From the NCBI GenBank assembly GCA_951813565.1, contig OX638351.1:3424001-3488000 (forward strand): DNA of 64,000 nucleotides, written 5' to 3'. This document shows positions 38,013-49,285 of this stretch, piece after piece. This DNA comes from an uncultured Poribacteria bacterium. Its GTDB lineage: Bacteria > Poribacteria > WGA-4E > WGA-3G. A program made the translations under genes and the position numbers. Position 1 is the stretch's first letter; every line of letters begins with the position of its first letter. The notes beneath the pieces were generated by a model, which saw only the letters and a list, made by a program, of their open reading frames with translations, was not told the origin of the DNA and made no database searches.

Positions 38013-38203
38013 TACAGTCTATCTCATAAATCGTTAAATACGTTTCCTTACACAGGTTCTACATTCATCGTAGGGGCGGGTCCCTGTGCCCGCCCATTGT
38101 TTCCACTTATGAGAGAGATGGCGAGGCACCAAATCAACGGTCCGAATGCCTTATGGCATTCCCCGGGACCTCGCCCTACAAATGATTTATGAGATACGCT
38201 CTA
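38013..38203. mobile_element. MITE (TIR core TATCTCATAAATC) with a REP hairpin and a micro-unit
   Basis: TACAGTCTATCTCATAAATC ... GATTTATGAGATACGCTCTA. Confidence 0.65.
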
Positions 38204-38328
38204 TTAGGATTTACGCACAAATTTGGAGCACACGGTAAATAAACGGACATCGCTAAAAAGCGTACAATAAATTGTGTTACTACAATAGCCGCTAAGACTG
38301 TATAAGTCTATAAAGTTTGTTCAATTGT

Positions 38329-40224
38329 TTAGCGATCAGAAACCAATTTTGTTAGATCCCATAAAAGGATAGTACCATCAGTACTACCACTTGCAACTGT
38401 TTCTCCATCAGGTGAATACACAACAGAATTGATCATAGTAGTGTGGCCCGTAAACGTGTTGATGTGGTCGCCAGTGCTCAAGTCCCAGAAGTATATCGCA
38501 TCACCACTACTACTGGTAAGCACATTACCATCTGGAGAAAAATCAACAGAAATACTATTCCGCGTATGACCTCTGAAGGTATTGAGGAGTTCATGTGTAT
38601 TGAAGTCCCATAAACAGACCTTTCCATCCCTGCTGGCACTTGCAAACGTATTACCATCCGGGGAAAAAACAACGGTATGTACAGCCCTCGTATGCTCCAC
38701 AAGTGTGTTAATGAGATTTCCAGTTTCAACATCCCACAACCGGATTGTATTGTCATCACTTGCACTCACAATTGTGTTACTATCTGGTGAAAACGTTACA
38801 TAATGCACATCATCTGTATGCCCTACAATTGTATCTAACCGTTCCCCTATGACATTTCGCTCACCGGATCGTATTTCCCACAAACCGATAGTATTGTCCT
38901 GACTTCCACTTGCAAGCATGCTACCGTCAGGTGAAAAAGCAACACTTCTGACAAGATTAGTATGCCCTTTGAATGAACCGAGAAATCGACCAGTTTCAAC
39001 ATCCCACAATCGAGCTAAGTTAAAATCGGCACTTGCGAGAATTTTACCATCCGCTGAGAAGGTAACGGAGCTGACACTTCCGATAGGTCCAACGAGTGTT
39101 TTTTGTAGTTCACCTGTCTTCGGATTCCAGAAACTTATTTTGGACATATTTCCTGTTACAAGGGAGCTGCCATCAGGTGCATAAGCGAGAGAAAAAACTT
39201 GAAAGGTAAAATCATCTATTGTTTTCTTAACTTTGTAAGTTTCTACATCCCAAAAATTAATCGTCCCTTCCTTGCCAACACTTATGAGTGTATTGCCATC
39301 TGGAGAATAGGTCAAAGAAGTGATCGGTTCTTCAGTATGGATAGTTTTCAACAAAAGTCCTGTGGAGACATCATTTATCAAGATAGCGTTGTTTTCAATC
39401 CCAGTTGCGAGGGTTTTTCCGTCTGGTGAAAACACAACTGCCCAGATTTCTCCTATACTTTCTTCTGCTTCACAGGTTATAAGGAGTTTACCGGTGCGTC
39501 CTTCCCATAAACAGATCTTTCCCCAACTACCTGTTGCGAAAATGCTGCCGTTGGGTAAACTTGCTACTGAATGTATATGCGCTATATCATCTTGATCACT
39601 GGTTATAGTGTTGATGCGTTCTCTCGTTCTCGGCTCCCAAAAACATAAGGTGTTCCCAACCCGATACGAGCCGCTTGCTATCACTGTTCCATCTGACGAA
39701 AACGATACCGAGTGAACGTTATTTGAATGTCCTTGAAGAGATGCTACCCATTCTCCTGTGTTGACATCCCATAGTCCAACCGTATTATCATCGCTTGCGG
39801 TAGCAAGTATCTTACCATCCCGACTGAATGATACCTCATTAATATCGTCCCGGTGTCCAATAAAACTTAATATGTGCTCACCTGTGTTTGCATCCCACAA
39901 CCAAGCAGTATTATCATCACATGCAGTGGCAAATGTTGTCCCATCCGGACTAAAAGCCAGAGACTTAATTGGACGTGTATGTCCTGTGAGTAAATCCAAT
40001 AATTCATCTGTCCGCAAATCGTATATCCAGACACCGATTGTCGTAGTAATAGCAAGACGATTTCCATCTGGAAAATATTTTACTTTATATGCTTTACCTT
40101 TTCCAATCCGTGCTTTGGCTGCCTCAGGTAAATCCCATAATTCTTTTCCTTGACTATAGCTATTTGGTAAACATAGAATAAAGATTAACGGTAAAGTTGT
40201 TAGTAACAATTTTAGCATTTTCAT
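38329..40224 (-). CDS. Secreted WD40 repeat protein
   Basis: Signal peptide, LPEAAKARIGKG cap and about 14 WD40 repeats. Confidence 0.92.
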   Translation of the reverse strand: MKMLKLLLTTLPLIFILCLPNSYSQGKELWDLPEAAKARIGKGKAYKVKYFPDGNRLAITTTIGVWIYDLRTDELLDLLTGHTRPIKSLAFSPDGTTFATACDDNTAWLWDANTGEHILSFIGHRDDINEVSFSRDGKILATASDDNTVGLWDVNTGEWVASLQGHSNNVHSVSFSSDGTVIASGSYRVGNTLCFWEPRTRERINTITSDQDDIAHIHSVASLPNGSIFATGSWGKICLWEGRTGKLLITCEAEESIGEIWAVVFSPDGKTLATGIENNAILINDVSTGLLLKTIHTEEPITSLTYSPDGNTLISVGKEGTINFWDVETYKVKKTIDDFTFQVFSLAYAPDGSSLVTGNMSKISFWNPKTGELQKTLVGPIGSVSSVTFSADGKILASADFNLARLWDVETGRFLGSFKGHTNLVRSVAFSPDGSMLASGSQDNTIGLWEIRSGERNVIGERLDTIVGHTDDVHYVTFSPDSNTIVSASDDNTIRLWDVETGNLINTLVEHTRAVHTVVFSPDGNTFASASRDGKVCLWDFNTHELLNTFRGHTRNSISVDFSPDGNVLTSSSGDAIYFWDLSTGDHINTFTGHTTMINSVVYSPDGETVASGSTDGTILLWDLTKLVSDR

Positions 40225-40432
40225 TACATCTCTCCTTTGCTTTTATAGTAAATTCGAAAATATGTGAATACTTTACGATAAATGTGGTTTTACAATGTTC
40301 AATTTTAGGTCTGGTAGGAGCGGTTTCCTAACCGTTTCCACCGGGGAGTGTCCACATTTTTTTAGATTTCACTATAATTAATTTGAATTTATAAGATGGA
40401 ATCCATCTCCTCTAATGTCTTTAGAGATTGGT

Positions 40433-41131
40433 TTATTTTGACGGAGGTAAGACATTTACCCAATGTCCGTCCATTCTGTCATCTTCAATAAATCCGACTT
40501 TTGACCACCAAGTATTTGCACCTGTTCTGGCGTGTCCGCGGTCAAAGTTAATCCCAATGTCAATCCGTTGAGTTGTCTCAGGATAATCCAACATGCCCCA
40601 TGGAATCTCCATCTCTACAATCCATCCATCCTCAACGATGTTGGCAGCCACGTTCCATAGTTCAGGCACATCCTCTATAGGAACATTGAGTGGCGGATGG
40701 CTGACAAACTTTACGCCTAAAGGGTTTGACATAAAAAATCTTCTGTCTCTGAATTGATGTGTATGAAAAAGATCAATTGTAAAGGATATCCAATCATCGC
40801 GCCATGGTCGAACCTGATCCTCGGTCTCAAAGGCAACCAATTGGTCCGGTTTTTCGTCGTACAGATACCACGCGACATAAATGGCTTTATCAGTATAAAT
40901 CAACCTGATAACGGATTGATCTTTAGCTGGGGCACCATCAGCATTTCTGTCAGTGAAATCAGTACCACGCGGCGCTTTTTTCCATGCAGCGTCGTCTAAC
41001 TTCCCATCAATTATAGGTGGCGAGGCAACCTTTACTCCGCGCAATTCCTTAGGGGGTTTATTAACGACAATTTTACAACCTGTGAGTATTAACATCACTG
41101 AGATTAATTTTATGAGAAATATGGTTTTCAT
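40433..41131 (-). CDS. Probable lipoprotein with a CBM9/DOMON-like sugar-binding domain
   Basis: LTGC lipobox, PPIIDGKLDDAAW, GWIVEMEIPW and GINF. Confidence 0.75.
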   Translation of the reverse strand: MKTIFLIKLISVMLILTGCKIVVNKPPKELRGVKVASPPIIDGKLDDAAWKKAPRGTDFTDRNADGAPAKDQSVIRLIYTDKAIYVAWYLYDEKPDQLVAFETEDQVRPWRDDWISFTIDLFHTHQFRDRRFFMSNPLGVKFVSHPPLNVPIEDVPELWNVAANIVEDGWIVEMEIPWGMLDYPETTQRIDIGINFDRGHARTGANTWWSKVGFIEDDRMDGHWVNVLPPSK

Positions 41132-41312
41132 ATCTTCATTCTCCTTAGAATTGGAACGAACAGAGTATTAGTTCTTATCTTTGTAGATGTTAAGACATCA
41201 TTATCGCATTAATTCAATTTATTTTCGTATTCTTAAATTCGCTGTGTCCACCATATAAATACATCCATGGATGCACTTTTAGCGAGTTTTGCATGAAAAC
41301 AGATACCATGCT

Positions 41313-43208
41313 CTATTGATTAAAAACCACGGCTGTTAAATCCCATAACAGCACTGTGCCATCGTAGCTACTGCTTGCAAGCGTCTTACCATCAGGAGAA
41401 AACATAACGTCCGTGATCCTTGAAATATGCCCAACAAAGGTGTGTATTTTCTCTCCCGTTTTTGCATCCCATAGATAAACTACATCGTAGTAGCTTCCAC
41501 TTGCAAAAATACTTCCATCAGGGGAAAATGTGAGAGAAGTGACATCACCATGATGCGGAATTAGGGGTAAACGTAATTTGCCAGTTTCCACATCCCACAC
41601 ATGTATAATGTCATCTTCTCCGCCGCTTATAAGACTTGTGCCATCTGGCGAAAACACAATGTCATAAACATAGTCTGTGTGTCCAGTAAGTGTTTTTATG
41701 TGTTCGCCACTCTTGGAATCCCACAACATAACCGTGTTGTCCGAACTTCCGCTTGCGAGTTTGCTTCCATCCGGAGAAAACACAATGGAATTCACAGACC
41801 TTGCATGTGCCTCAAGCGTATTTAGCAGATCCCCGATAAGTGGTTGTTCACCAGTGCGAACCTCCCATAACCGGATGTTACCGTCGTGGTAGCCTGTAGC
41901 AAGTGTGTCACCATTTGGAGAATAGGCGATAGATTTCGCATTGGATCTACCATCACTGAAACTTCCCATGAACCTACCAGTTTGCACATCCCACAAGCGA
42001 ATTTTACTCACAGATGTGAGATTACGTCCGCTTACGATTGTATTCCCATCCGGAGAGAAAGCCGCAGCATAGAAAAAAGTGCGATAACCAGTAATGATTT
42101 TGAGAAGATCTCCTGTATGTAAATCCCACAATTGAAGTTTTACGCCGCCACCACTGGCAAGCATATTGCTATCTGGAGCATACGCAATTGAATGTAACTG
42201 ATACGTATGTCCAGTGATGGTTTTTGAAAGCGTCCAATCGTTACTGTTCCAGAACCGTACCGTGCCATCGTAACTTCCACTCGCAAGTATTGTGCCATCT
42301 GGTGAATATGTTAATGTTGAAACGAGTCTTTGGTGATATAGTGTTTTAAGTAGGTTGCCAGTGTTGATATCCCAAAGTCGAATTGTCTCATCACGGCTTG
42401 CCCCCGCGACCGTACGCCCATTGGGTGCAAAAACAACAGAATTGATAAATCCACCGTGCCCAGTGAGGGTTTTCAAGCGTTCTCTTGTAGCAACATGATA
42501 AATATATACCTTATTTGCTGCACATGCAACTATTTTGCCATCTGGGGAAAACGCCAAAGTTTTCACCGTAGTATCTGGGACATAGATAATATTCTGTTGT
42601 TCACCGGTATTTGCATCCCAAAATCGTAATGTCTGGTCTGCTGCCCCACTTGCAAGCATTTTGCCATCTGGAGAATATGCCACACAATACACTCCTCCTC
42701 CATGTCCCCAGAGCGTTTTTAGGAGTTCGCCAGTGTGTATCTCCCATAGCTGAATAGAATTGTCGTCACTACCACTCGCGAGAATCTGTGCTTTAGGACT
42801 AAATGCAACTGAACTCACGCCGCCGCCATGTCCTACAAGTGTCGCTTTATTCTGACCAGTGTGTGTATCCCATAACTCGATTCTGCCATCATTATTTCCC
42901 GTGGCAAATAGTTTGCCATCCGGACTAAAATCTACAGACCTGACGTATGTAGCATGTGCTGGTAGCAGATCAATTTCTTCTCCTGTCCGCACATCATATA
43001 TCCAAGTGCCAGCGGATGTTGCGACAGCGATTTTATTCCCATCTGGAAAATACTTAATGTTATATATTTTCCCTTTCCCGAAACGTGCTATAGCATCTGT
43101 CGGCAAACCCCAGCGTGTATATTCACCGGAGAAAGCGTTTTGCATAAAAATTGGATACATAACAGAAATTACAAGGAACACCGATCGAAACAGATTCATT
43201 TTACGCAT
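41313..43208 (-). CDS. Secreted WD40 repeat protein
   Basis: Signal peptide, LPTDAIARFGKG cap, WD40 repeats and an AGGAG RBS. Confidence 0.92.
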   Translation of the reverse strand: MRKMNLFRSVFLVISVMYPIFMQNAFSGEYTRWGLPTDAIARFGKGKIYNIKYFPDGNKIAVATSAGTWIYDVRTGEEIDLLPAHATYVRSVDFSPDGKLFATGNNDGRIELWDTHTGQNKATLVGHGGGVSSVAFSPKAQILASGSDDNSIQLWEIHTGELLKTLWGHGGGVYCVAYSPDGKMLASGAADQTLRFWDANTGEQQNIIYVPDTTVKTLAFSPDGKIVACAANKVYIYHVATRERLKTLTGHGGFINSVVFAPNGRTVAGASRDETIRLWDINTGNLLKTLYHQRLVSTLTYSPDGTILASGSYDGTVRFWNSNDWTLSKTITGHTYQLHSIAYAPDSNMLASGGGVKLQLWDLHTGDLLKIITGYRTFFYAAAFSPDGNTIVSGRNLTSVSKIRLWDVQTGRFMGSFSDGRSNAKSIAYSPNGDTLATGYHDGNIRLWEVRTGEQPLIGDLLNTLEAHARSVNSIVFSPDGSKLASGSSDNTVMLWDSKSGEHIKTLTGHTDYVYDIVFSPDGTSLISGGEDDIIHVWDVETGKLRLPLIPHHGDVTSLTFSPDGSIFASGSYYDVVYLWDAKTGEKIHTFVGHISRITDVMFSPDGKTLASSSYDGTVLLWDLTAVVFNQ

Positions 43209-43260
43209 GAAGGTCAACTCCTTTGAAACAAATCAATATCATCAATGTCTTAGAAAGCTA

Positions 43261-45162
43261 CTATGGATTAATTTCCCAAAAAATCATAGTGCTATCAGAA
43301 CTACCACTCATTAGCGTCTTACCATCAGGAGAAAAGACAACTGTGTTTATATAACCAGTATGTCCAGTAAATGTCTTCTTCAGTTTTCCTGTATTTATAT
43401 CCCATAGGTTGATCTCTCCTTGATCCCAAGGATTCGTCTCCCCGCGATGTGAACTGGCTAATGTCCGTCCATCAGGTGAAAACGCTACAGAAATAGTTGG
43501 CTTCTTTGGTCCGATAGATTTTATATGCTCACCGGTCTTTGTATCCCAGAAACGAATTATGTTATCATCGCTTGAACTTACAATCATATCTCCGGAAGGC
43601 GAGTATGCAACCTTGTTAATCCTATCGGCAAAATCTTCAATAGTCTTTAGGGTTTTACCGGTATTAACATCCCATATTCGGATTGTTCCATCACTCCCTG
43701 CACTCATAAGCGTATTTCCAGATGGAGAAAATGCCAGATCATGAATGTTTTGTTCATGACCTATGAACGAATTTATAAAATTCCCACTGTGGACACTCCA
43801 CAAACGAACTACTTTGTCATAACCGCAACTGGCGAGTATGCTTCCGTCAGAACTGAAAGCAACAGATGTAATTCTATCATCGTGTGCATTCATAATAATG
43901 TGATTTTGTTCTCCAGAGTCTACATCAAATATTGCCAAAGCACCTTCAGAATTTCCACAGGCGTATGTCATATTATCTGGTGAATAGGCAGTGCAAGTAA
44001 TTCTATTTAGCTCAGTGTCAACAGTTTTTTGTAGCGTAATTGTGTTTGTATCCCACAGTTGAAAATCACCTGGATATAATAAACATGCAAGAGTTCGCCC
44101 ATGCGATGCATACATTGCAAACCTGACTGATCCTACGGTGTGTCTATTAACAGTTTGTAGAAGATCCCCCGTAGCAATATCCCAAATACCTATAGTATTA
44201 TCAGAACCGTAGCTTACAAGCGTCCTGTCTTTAGGGTTGAATGTCACCGAATAGACTCTACGTCCATTTCCACTATGGGTGATTTTTATCTGCTTTTTGT
44301 TGACATCCCATACTCGAATCGTTCCATCATTACTTCCAGAAATTAGCATATTACTGTCCGGAAAAAATGCCATTGAATTGATACGTTCTTGATCGAGTTT
44401 GACACTTGGGTAGTTCGGTACAAGAGACATTAGGAATTCCCCCGTCTTTGTGTTCCACACATGTATTTTTTCATCGTAACCATAACTGGCAAGTTTTTCT
44501 CCATCAGGAGAAATCGTAACGCCAGAAACTCTGTCTACATGTCCAGCAATAGTTCGAATAGGTTCACCAGTCTGGACATCCCAAAACCGAATAAATTCAT
44601 CTCTGCTGCCACTTACCAGTGTGTTTCCATCAGGACTAAACGCTACAGAATAAACTCTATCGGTGTGGCCAGTTAACGTTGCCTTGATTTCACCTGTGTG
44701 TGAATTCCACAACCGAACAGTCTTGTCGTAACTACCGCTCGCAATTATGCTACCATCAGGACTGAATGCAATAGAATAAACACTTCCTGTATGACCGCTT
44801 AGTGTTGCCTTTGTTTCACCTGTATTGGAATCCCACAACCGAATAGTCTTGTCGTTACTACCGCTTGCAAGTTCACTTCCATCAGGGTTGAAACACAGTG
44901 AATAAACAGGACGCGTGTGGCCTGTGAGCAAATCAAGTTCTTTTCCTGTTTGTTTATCATAGATCCAAACACCTATTGAGCTCGCTACAGCAAGTTTAGT
45001 GTTGTCTGGAAAGAATGCGATATCATACACAAATCCCTTTCCAATACGGGCTTTTGCCCCTTCGGGTAAGTAATCTTTCATATATTCTTGCGCGAAAGCG
45101 TTTAGCAAACATGATACAGAAAAACTAAGAAACACAACAAGAAAAGTAAGCCTTGTTTTCAT
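43261..45162 (-). CDS. Secreted WD40 repeat protein
   Basis: GGAGG RBS before the MKTRL... signal peptide (AFA), LPEGAKARIGKG cap and WD40 repeats. Confidence 0.92.
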   Translation of the reverse strand: MKTRLTFLVVFLSFSVSCLLNAFAQEYMKDYLPEGAKARIGKGFVYDIAFFPDNTKLAVASSIGVWIYDKQTGKELDLLTGHTRPVYSLCFNPDGSELASGSNDKTIRLWDSNTGETKATLSGHTGSVYSIAFSPDGSIIASGSYDKTVRLWNSHTGEIKATLTGHTDRVYSVAFSPDGNTLVSGSRDEFIRFWDVQTGEPIRTIAGHVDRVSGVTISPDGEKLASYGYDEKIHVWNTKTGEFLMSLVPNYPSVKLDQERINSMAFFPDSNMLISGSNDGTIRVWDVNKKQIKITHSGNGRRVYSVTFNPKDRTLVSYGSDNTIGIWDIATGDLLQTVNRHTVGSVRFAMYASHGRTLACLLYPGDFQLWDTNTITLQKTVDTELNRITCTAYSPDNMTYACGNSEGALAIFDVDSGEQNHIIMNAHDDRITSVAFSSDGSILASCGYDKVVRLWSVHSGNFINSFIGHEQNIHDLAFSPSGNTLMSAGSDGTIRIWDVNTGKTLKTIEDFADRINKVAYSPSGDMIVSSSDDNIIRFWDTKTGEHIKSIGPKKPTISVAFSPDGRTLASSHRGETNPWDQGEINLWDINTGKLKKTFTGHTGYINTVVFSPDGKTLMSGSSDSTMIFWEINP

Positions 45163-45842
45163 CAAACAAACCTCCATTTTTATACAAAAAGTTGCTATGT
45201 AAGCAGTGAATAACAACCCATACAGAATCATAGTACGACTGTATATTTCAAACGTCGTAGCGTCGAGATATTAGGTACTCAACCTATACGTTGACTTTGT
45301 TTTTTATAATATTGGTTCACTTGTGACTTAGCCAAGCCTCTATTGTAAACCGTTATACAGAATTTGTATGAATTACCGAATTTTGGTCTTGAAATTTCAA
45401 ATTTTAGATGGGATAGCTAAGAACAGATCTCAGCAAGATTATGAGGTAAACCCTTATCAAATACTATTTCAGTCTGTAGGTAGAACGAATTAAGTGGCAA
45501 CAATTATGATAGACACGAAGTAGACGCGCAAATACCTTAGCAAAAACACAACAAGAAATTGTAAATAGTGTGTAAGCTATTAAGAAATGTGAATGAATTT
45601 AGGATTTAAAGAAAATTGATAAAATCTGGCAGGCGCATTGGGAATTGACCTACCACAGTAAAAGAGTGGTTCATGATTTCTAAATGTATAACACAATTTA
45701 ATGTGTATAGAAGTAGGGTGGGATCAAATCAACACCGAACGTACGCATGACATTCGGCGAGAAATCAATCGTGATGCACAGACCTAATACAGCATCAGAT
45801 CCATGAATGTATTAAATGAACCACACCGGTTAATTTGAATAT

Positions 45843-47207
45843 GTCATAGGTACCCACTACCTAAAGGTAGGGGCTTGTGCTTCCTTGCGACTGCGGTTTT
45901 CTCAGAGAGTTGACCGTCTTATTGTCGCTCCACTTTAGGCAGCCAAGCCTGCCCGTTTGATATTGATAGCAGCATTGGTGTCTCTGTCGTGGTGTGAACC
46001 ACATTCGGGACATGTCCACTGTCTATCTGCGAGAGAGAGTTCTTTGTTATGGTATCCACAATCACTACAAGGTTTTGTTGTTGCTGTCCATTGAGAGATT
46101 TGGACAAGTTTTTTGCCGTGCTTCGCACACTTCTGTTCCAATATCTGAAGAAACTGGTAGAAAGAATGGTCAGAAACTTTACGCCCCCAAAGCCGTTTCA
46201 TACCGTCAAGGTTCAGCGTTTCAAAAATGAGTGTGTCAAACTCTACACAAAGTTTTGAGGCAAGTTTCCATTGCCAATCTTCTCTTTGTCGTGCCACCTT
46301 TCTGTGTTGCCTTGCCAAAGCACGACACGCACGATAATAGTTGTTAGAACCTTTGACTTTACGGCTCAGCGCTTTGCTCAAGGCTCGCAACTTTTTCAGT
46401 GATTGTTTGAAAAACTGCGGAGATTGTCCCTTGTTGCCTTCGTCGCTTGTGAGGAACGTTTTATTTCCATAATCAAATCCTGCGCTCTTACCCGTCTTGG
46501 GTTTGGGTTCGGAATCCTCAACATTCTCGCACGAAAAGCATATCCAATAGTCACCGCACCTGTCACATTTGATGGTGATCGTCTTGATTAGCCCTTTGAT
46601 CTCACGGTGTTTGTGAAAGGAAAACCATGTATCTATACAGTTGATCTTGATACGATTATCTTCAAGTTTGTAACCCGCTTGTGTAAACGTCATAGAGTTG
46701 TATTTGTGTCTCGGTTTGATTTTCGGTCTACCCACTTTACGGGTTGTCACCCCTGCTTTTCGGTCTTTTATATTCTGAAAAAAAGCGTCTCGAGATTTGC
46801 CGTAACGCAGGACAACGTCTTGAACAACTTGACTCGGCAAGTCCGCCCAATGCGGTTTAGTTGTCTTTTTAAGTTTTGTGACGTGTGCCTTCAAACGATA
46901 TATAGATATGTTTTTACCGAACATGCGATAATACCTACGTGCCAAACGCATGATATGCACATGGATTTCCCACATATCATCAAGCATATTACCAAGTTTG
47001 ATTCTGTTAGATTGGTGTTGAAGTTTGAACTTGTGAGATTTTCTCATTGACCACTTTGACCTTCAATATAGTCTTTTATCACTTCAAGAGCTACAATATA
47101 GTATGATATATTATACCACATTGTGATTAGATTGAAAAGTATATTTTAAATCAAAACTTTCGCCGTCTACATCCCCTACCTAAAGGCAGGGGGTTTGACG
47201 GGGAGTG
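45843..47207 (-). mobile_element. IS200/IS605-family tnpB-only element, second copy
   Basis: Same hairpin ends as 14042-15403, preceded by TTAG (CTAA at 47208-47211) and ending in TGAC. Confidence 0.92.
45935..47047 (-). CDS. tnpB: RNA-guided endonuclease TnpB
   Basis: Close paralog of 14202-15311, with GFDYG, FETLN and DRDTNAA intact. Confidence 0.95.
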   Translation of the reverse strand: MRKSHKFKLQHQSNRIKLGNMLDDMWEIHVHIMRLARRYYRMFGKNISIYRLKAHVTKLKKTTKPHWADLPSQVVQDVVLRYGKSRDAFFQNIKDRKAGVTTRKVGRPKIKPRHKYNSMTFTQAGYKLEDNRIKINCIDTWFSFHKHREIKGLIKTITIKCDRCGDYWICFSCENVEDSEPKPKTGKSAGFDYGNKTFLTSDEGNKGQSPQFFKQSLKKLRALSKALSRKVKGSNNYYRACRALARQHRKVARQREDWQWKLASKLCVEFDTLIFETLNLDGMKRLWGRKVSDHSFYQFLQILEQKCAKHGKKLVQISQWTATTKPCSDCGYHNKELSLADRQWTCPECGSHHDRDTNAAINIKRAGLAA

Positions 47208-47277
47208 CTAAATTTCCAACTGTTAATTATACTACATTTTTTATCTGATGGCAAATTTTTCCGAATATTTTTAACGC

Positions 47278-49218
47278 TCACTTATTTAGAACAGACGCTG
47301 ATAGGTCCCACAAAAGAATAGTACCATCATCACTCACACTCGCGAGTGTTTTTCCATCTGGTGAGAACACGACATGATTGACGCGCTGTATATGTCCGGT
47401 AAAGGTTTGCAGGTGTTGTCCTGTCTTTGCATCCCAGATATGGACAGCGTTGTTTTCCTCACTTCCGCTCGCGAGTTTGCTGCCATCACGGGAATATACC
47501 AGAGAAGTTACTTGTCCAGCTTCTTCTATTGCAGGAAGTAGTAGATCGCCAGTATGTGTGTTCCACAATCGGATTGTCCCATCCCCGCTTCCACTGGCAA
47601 GTGTGGTGCCATCTGGAGAATAAACAACAGCGGTAACGCCCTCTTCGTGTCCAGTGAGAGCTCTCAAATGTGCGCGCTTGTTTACGTTCCAAAATTGAAT
47701 CGTCTTGTCTTGACTTCCACCCGCAAGCACCTTTCCATCAGGAGAAAATACAACTGAAGTAACACTTTCCGGATGTTCAGTAAAAGCTGCCAACCGTTCG
47801 CCAATCAGGTACAGTTCACCCGTGCGAATTTCCCACAAATAGACCTGATTGTCAGTTCCACCTGTTGCAAGCATATTCCCATCGGGTGAAAAGGCAACTG
47901 AAGAAATTCTAACTTCATCAGACGCATGACGAAATTGGTGTTGATGTGCCCTAAAACTACCGAGAAACCGTCCTGTTTGCACATCCCATATACGTGCCTT
48001 CCTTGAAGTCCCTGCAGTAGAAAGTAATTTCCCATCTGGAGAATATGTTATAGAATAAACTTTTCGGTCCGGCACAGTAGAAGTTTTCAGCAATTCACTG
48101 GTCTGTGCATTCCATGTGTAAATTTTGTCTTCGCTGCCACAAGCAAGTGTATGACCATCAGGTGAATATGCTGCAGCGTAGATTTCAGAAGACATGTGTC
48201 CGGTGATGGTTTTTATGAGTTCCCCTGTGGCGGCATCCCAAAACTTAACCGTACCATCGTCACTTCCACTTGCGATTGTCTTTTCGTCCGGTGAATACAT
48301 CACAGAAGTCACTTCATCTTGATGTGTCATGCTTCTCAGGAGTTTTGCAGTGCTTACGTCCCAAACATCAACCTTATCCCAACGCCCCCCTGTGATCAGA
48401 GTGCGTCCATCACTTGAAAACTCCATTGATTTGAACTCTCCTACCCACTTTGTGTGGCTTCTTAAAAGTTTACCTGTCTGGACATCCCAAAATTGAAGTG
48501 GATCTTCCTTGCCACCAGCCAGTATCTTACAATCCGGTGAGAACACCGCAGCACTGAAATTTGTATTAATGAGAACATATTTTAAAAAATCACCTGTCTG
48601 TGCGTCCCAGAACTCAATATAGTCTTCGTGCCTATCGTCAAACCTAATTGTAAGGAGCATCTCACCGTCAGGAGAATATGCCATTGCATACATGTAATCG
48701 GCACCACATTCCGTAATAGTTTTTAAAGATTTACCTGTTTGCGCGTTCCAGAACCGAATCTTCCCGTCTTCGCTCGTACTTGCAAGCATCTTTCCAGTAG
48801 GACTAAACGTAATTAAATTTACATCATCTTCATGTCCAACACAGGTGGCTTTAAGTTTACTTGTGCTTGTGTCCCATAATTGGATTGTGTTGTCTTTGCT
48901 CTTGGATGCTAAAGTTTCGCCGTCTGGACTGAATGCTATTGACTTAACCGGTGATGTATGTCCCGTGAGCAGATCAAGTGCTTCTCCTGTTTGAACATCA
49001 TAAATCCAGATACCGATGGAGGTCGCGATAGCCAGGCGTTTTCCATCTGGAAAATACTTTACTTGATGTATTTTACCCTTTCCAAGACGCGCTTTGGCAC
49101 CGGCGGGTAACCCTAAACGAGTGTGATTTTGGGCGAAGCCAGTTGAAGACAAAAAAGCAAAGAGAAATAGCGTAGAAATCACTGGTAAAGCGGGTAATAA
49201 GAGGCAAATTATTTTCAT
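47278..49218 (-). CDS. Secreted WD40 repeat protein
   Basis: AAGGAG RBS before the MKIICLL... signal peptide, LPAGAKARLGKG cap and WD40 repeats. Confidence 0.92.
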   Translation of the reverse strand: MKIICLLLPALPVISTLFLFAFLSSTGFAQNHTRLGLPAGAKARLGKGKIHQVKYFPDGKRLAIATSIGIWIYDVQTGEALDLLTGHTSPVKSIAFSPDGETLASKSKDNTIQLWDTSTSKLKATCVGHEDDVNLITFSPTGKMLASTSEDGKIRFWNAQTGKSLKTITECGADYMYAMAYSPDGEMLLTIRFDDRHEDYIEFWDAQTGDFLKYVLINTNFSAAVFSPDCKILAGGKEDPLQFWDVQTGKLLRSHTKWVGEFKSMEFSSDGRTLITGGRWDKVDVWDVSTAKLLRSMTHQDEVTSVMYSPDEKTIASGSDDGTVKFWDAATGELIKTITGHMSSEIYAAAYSPDGHTLACGSEDKIYTWNAQTSELLKTSTVPDRKVYSITYSPDGKLLSTAGTSRKARIWDVQTGRFLGSFRAHQHQFRHASDEVRISSVAFSPDGNMLATGGTDNQVYLWEIRTGELYLIGERLAAFTEHPESVTSVVFSPDGKVLAGGSQDKTIQFWNVNKRAHLRALTGHEEGVTAVVYSPDGTTLASGSGDGTIRLWNTHTGDLLLPAIEEAGQVTSLVYSRDGSKLASGSEENNAVHIWDAKTGQHLQTFTGHIQRVNHVVFSPDGKTLASVSDDGTILLWDLSASVLNK

Positions 49219-49285
49219 TTGAATATGAACTCCTTTAAAGATTATGCAGCAGATGAAACTGTAGGCTATGCTAAAAAAATTATCA

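Noticed and set aside
45627..45700. Intact tRNA gene
   Set aside because: Only a 3'-end-like 22-mer is present; no matching 5' acceptor strand, D-arm or anticodon arm could be folded.
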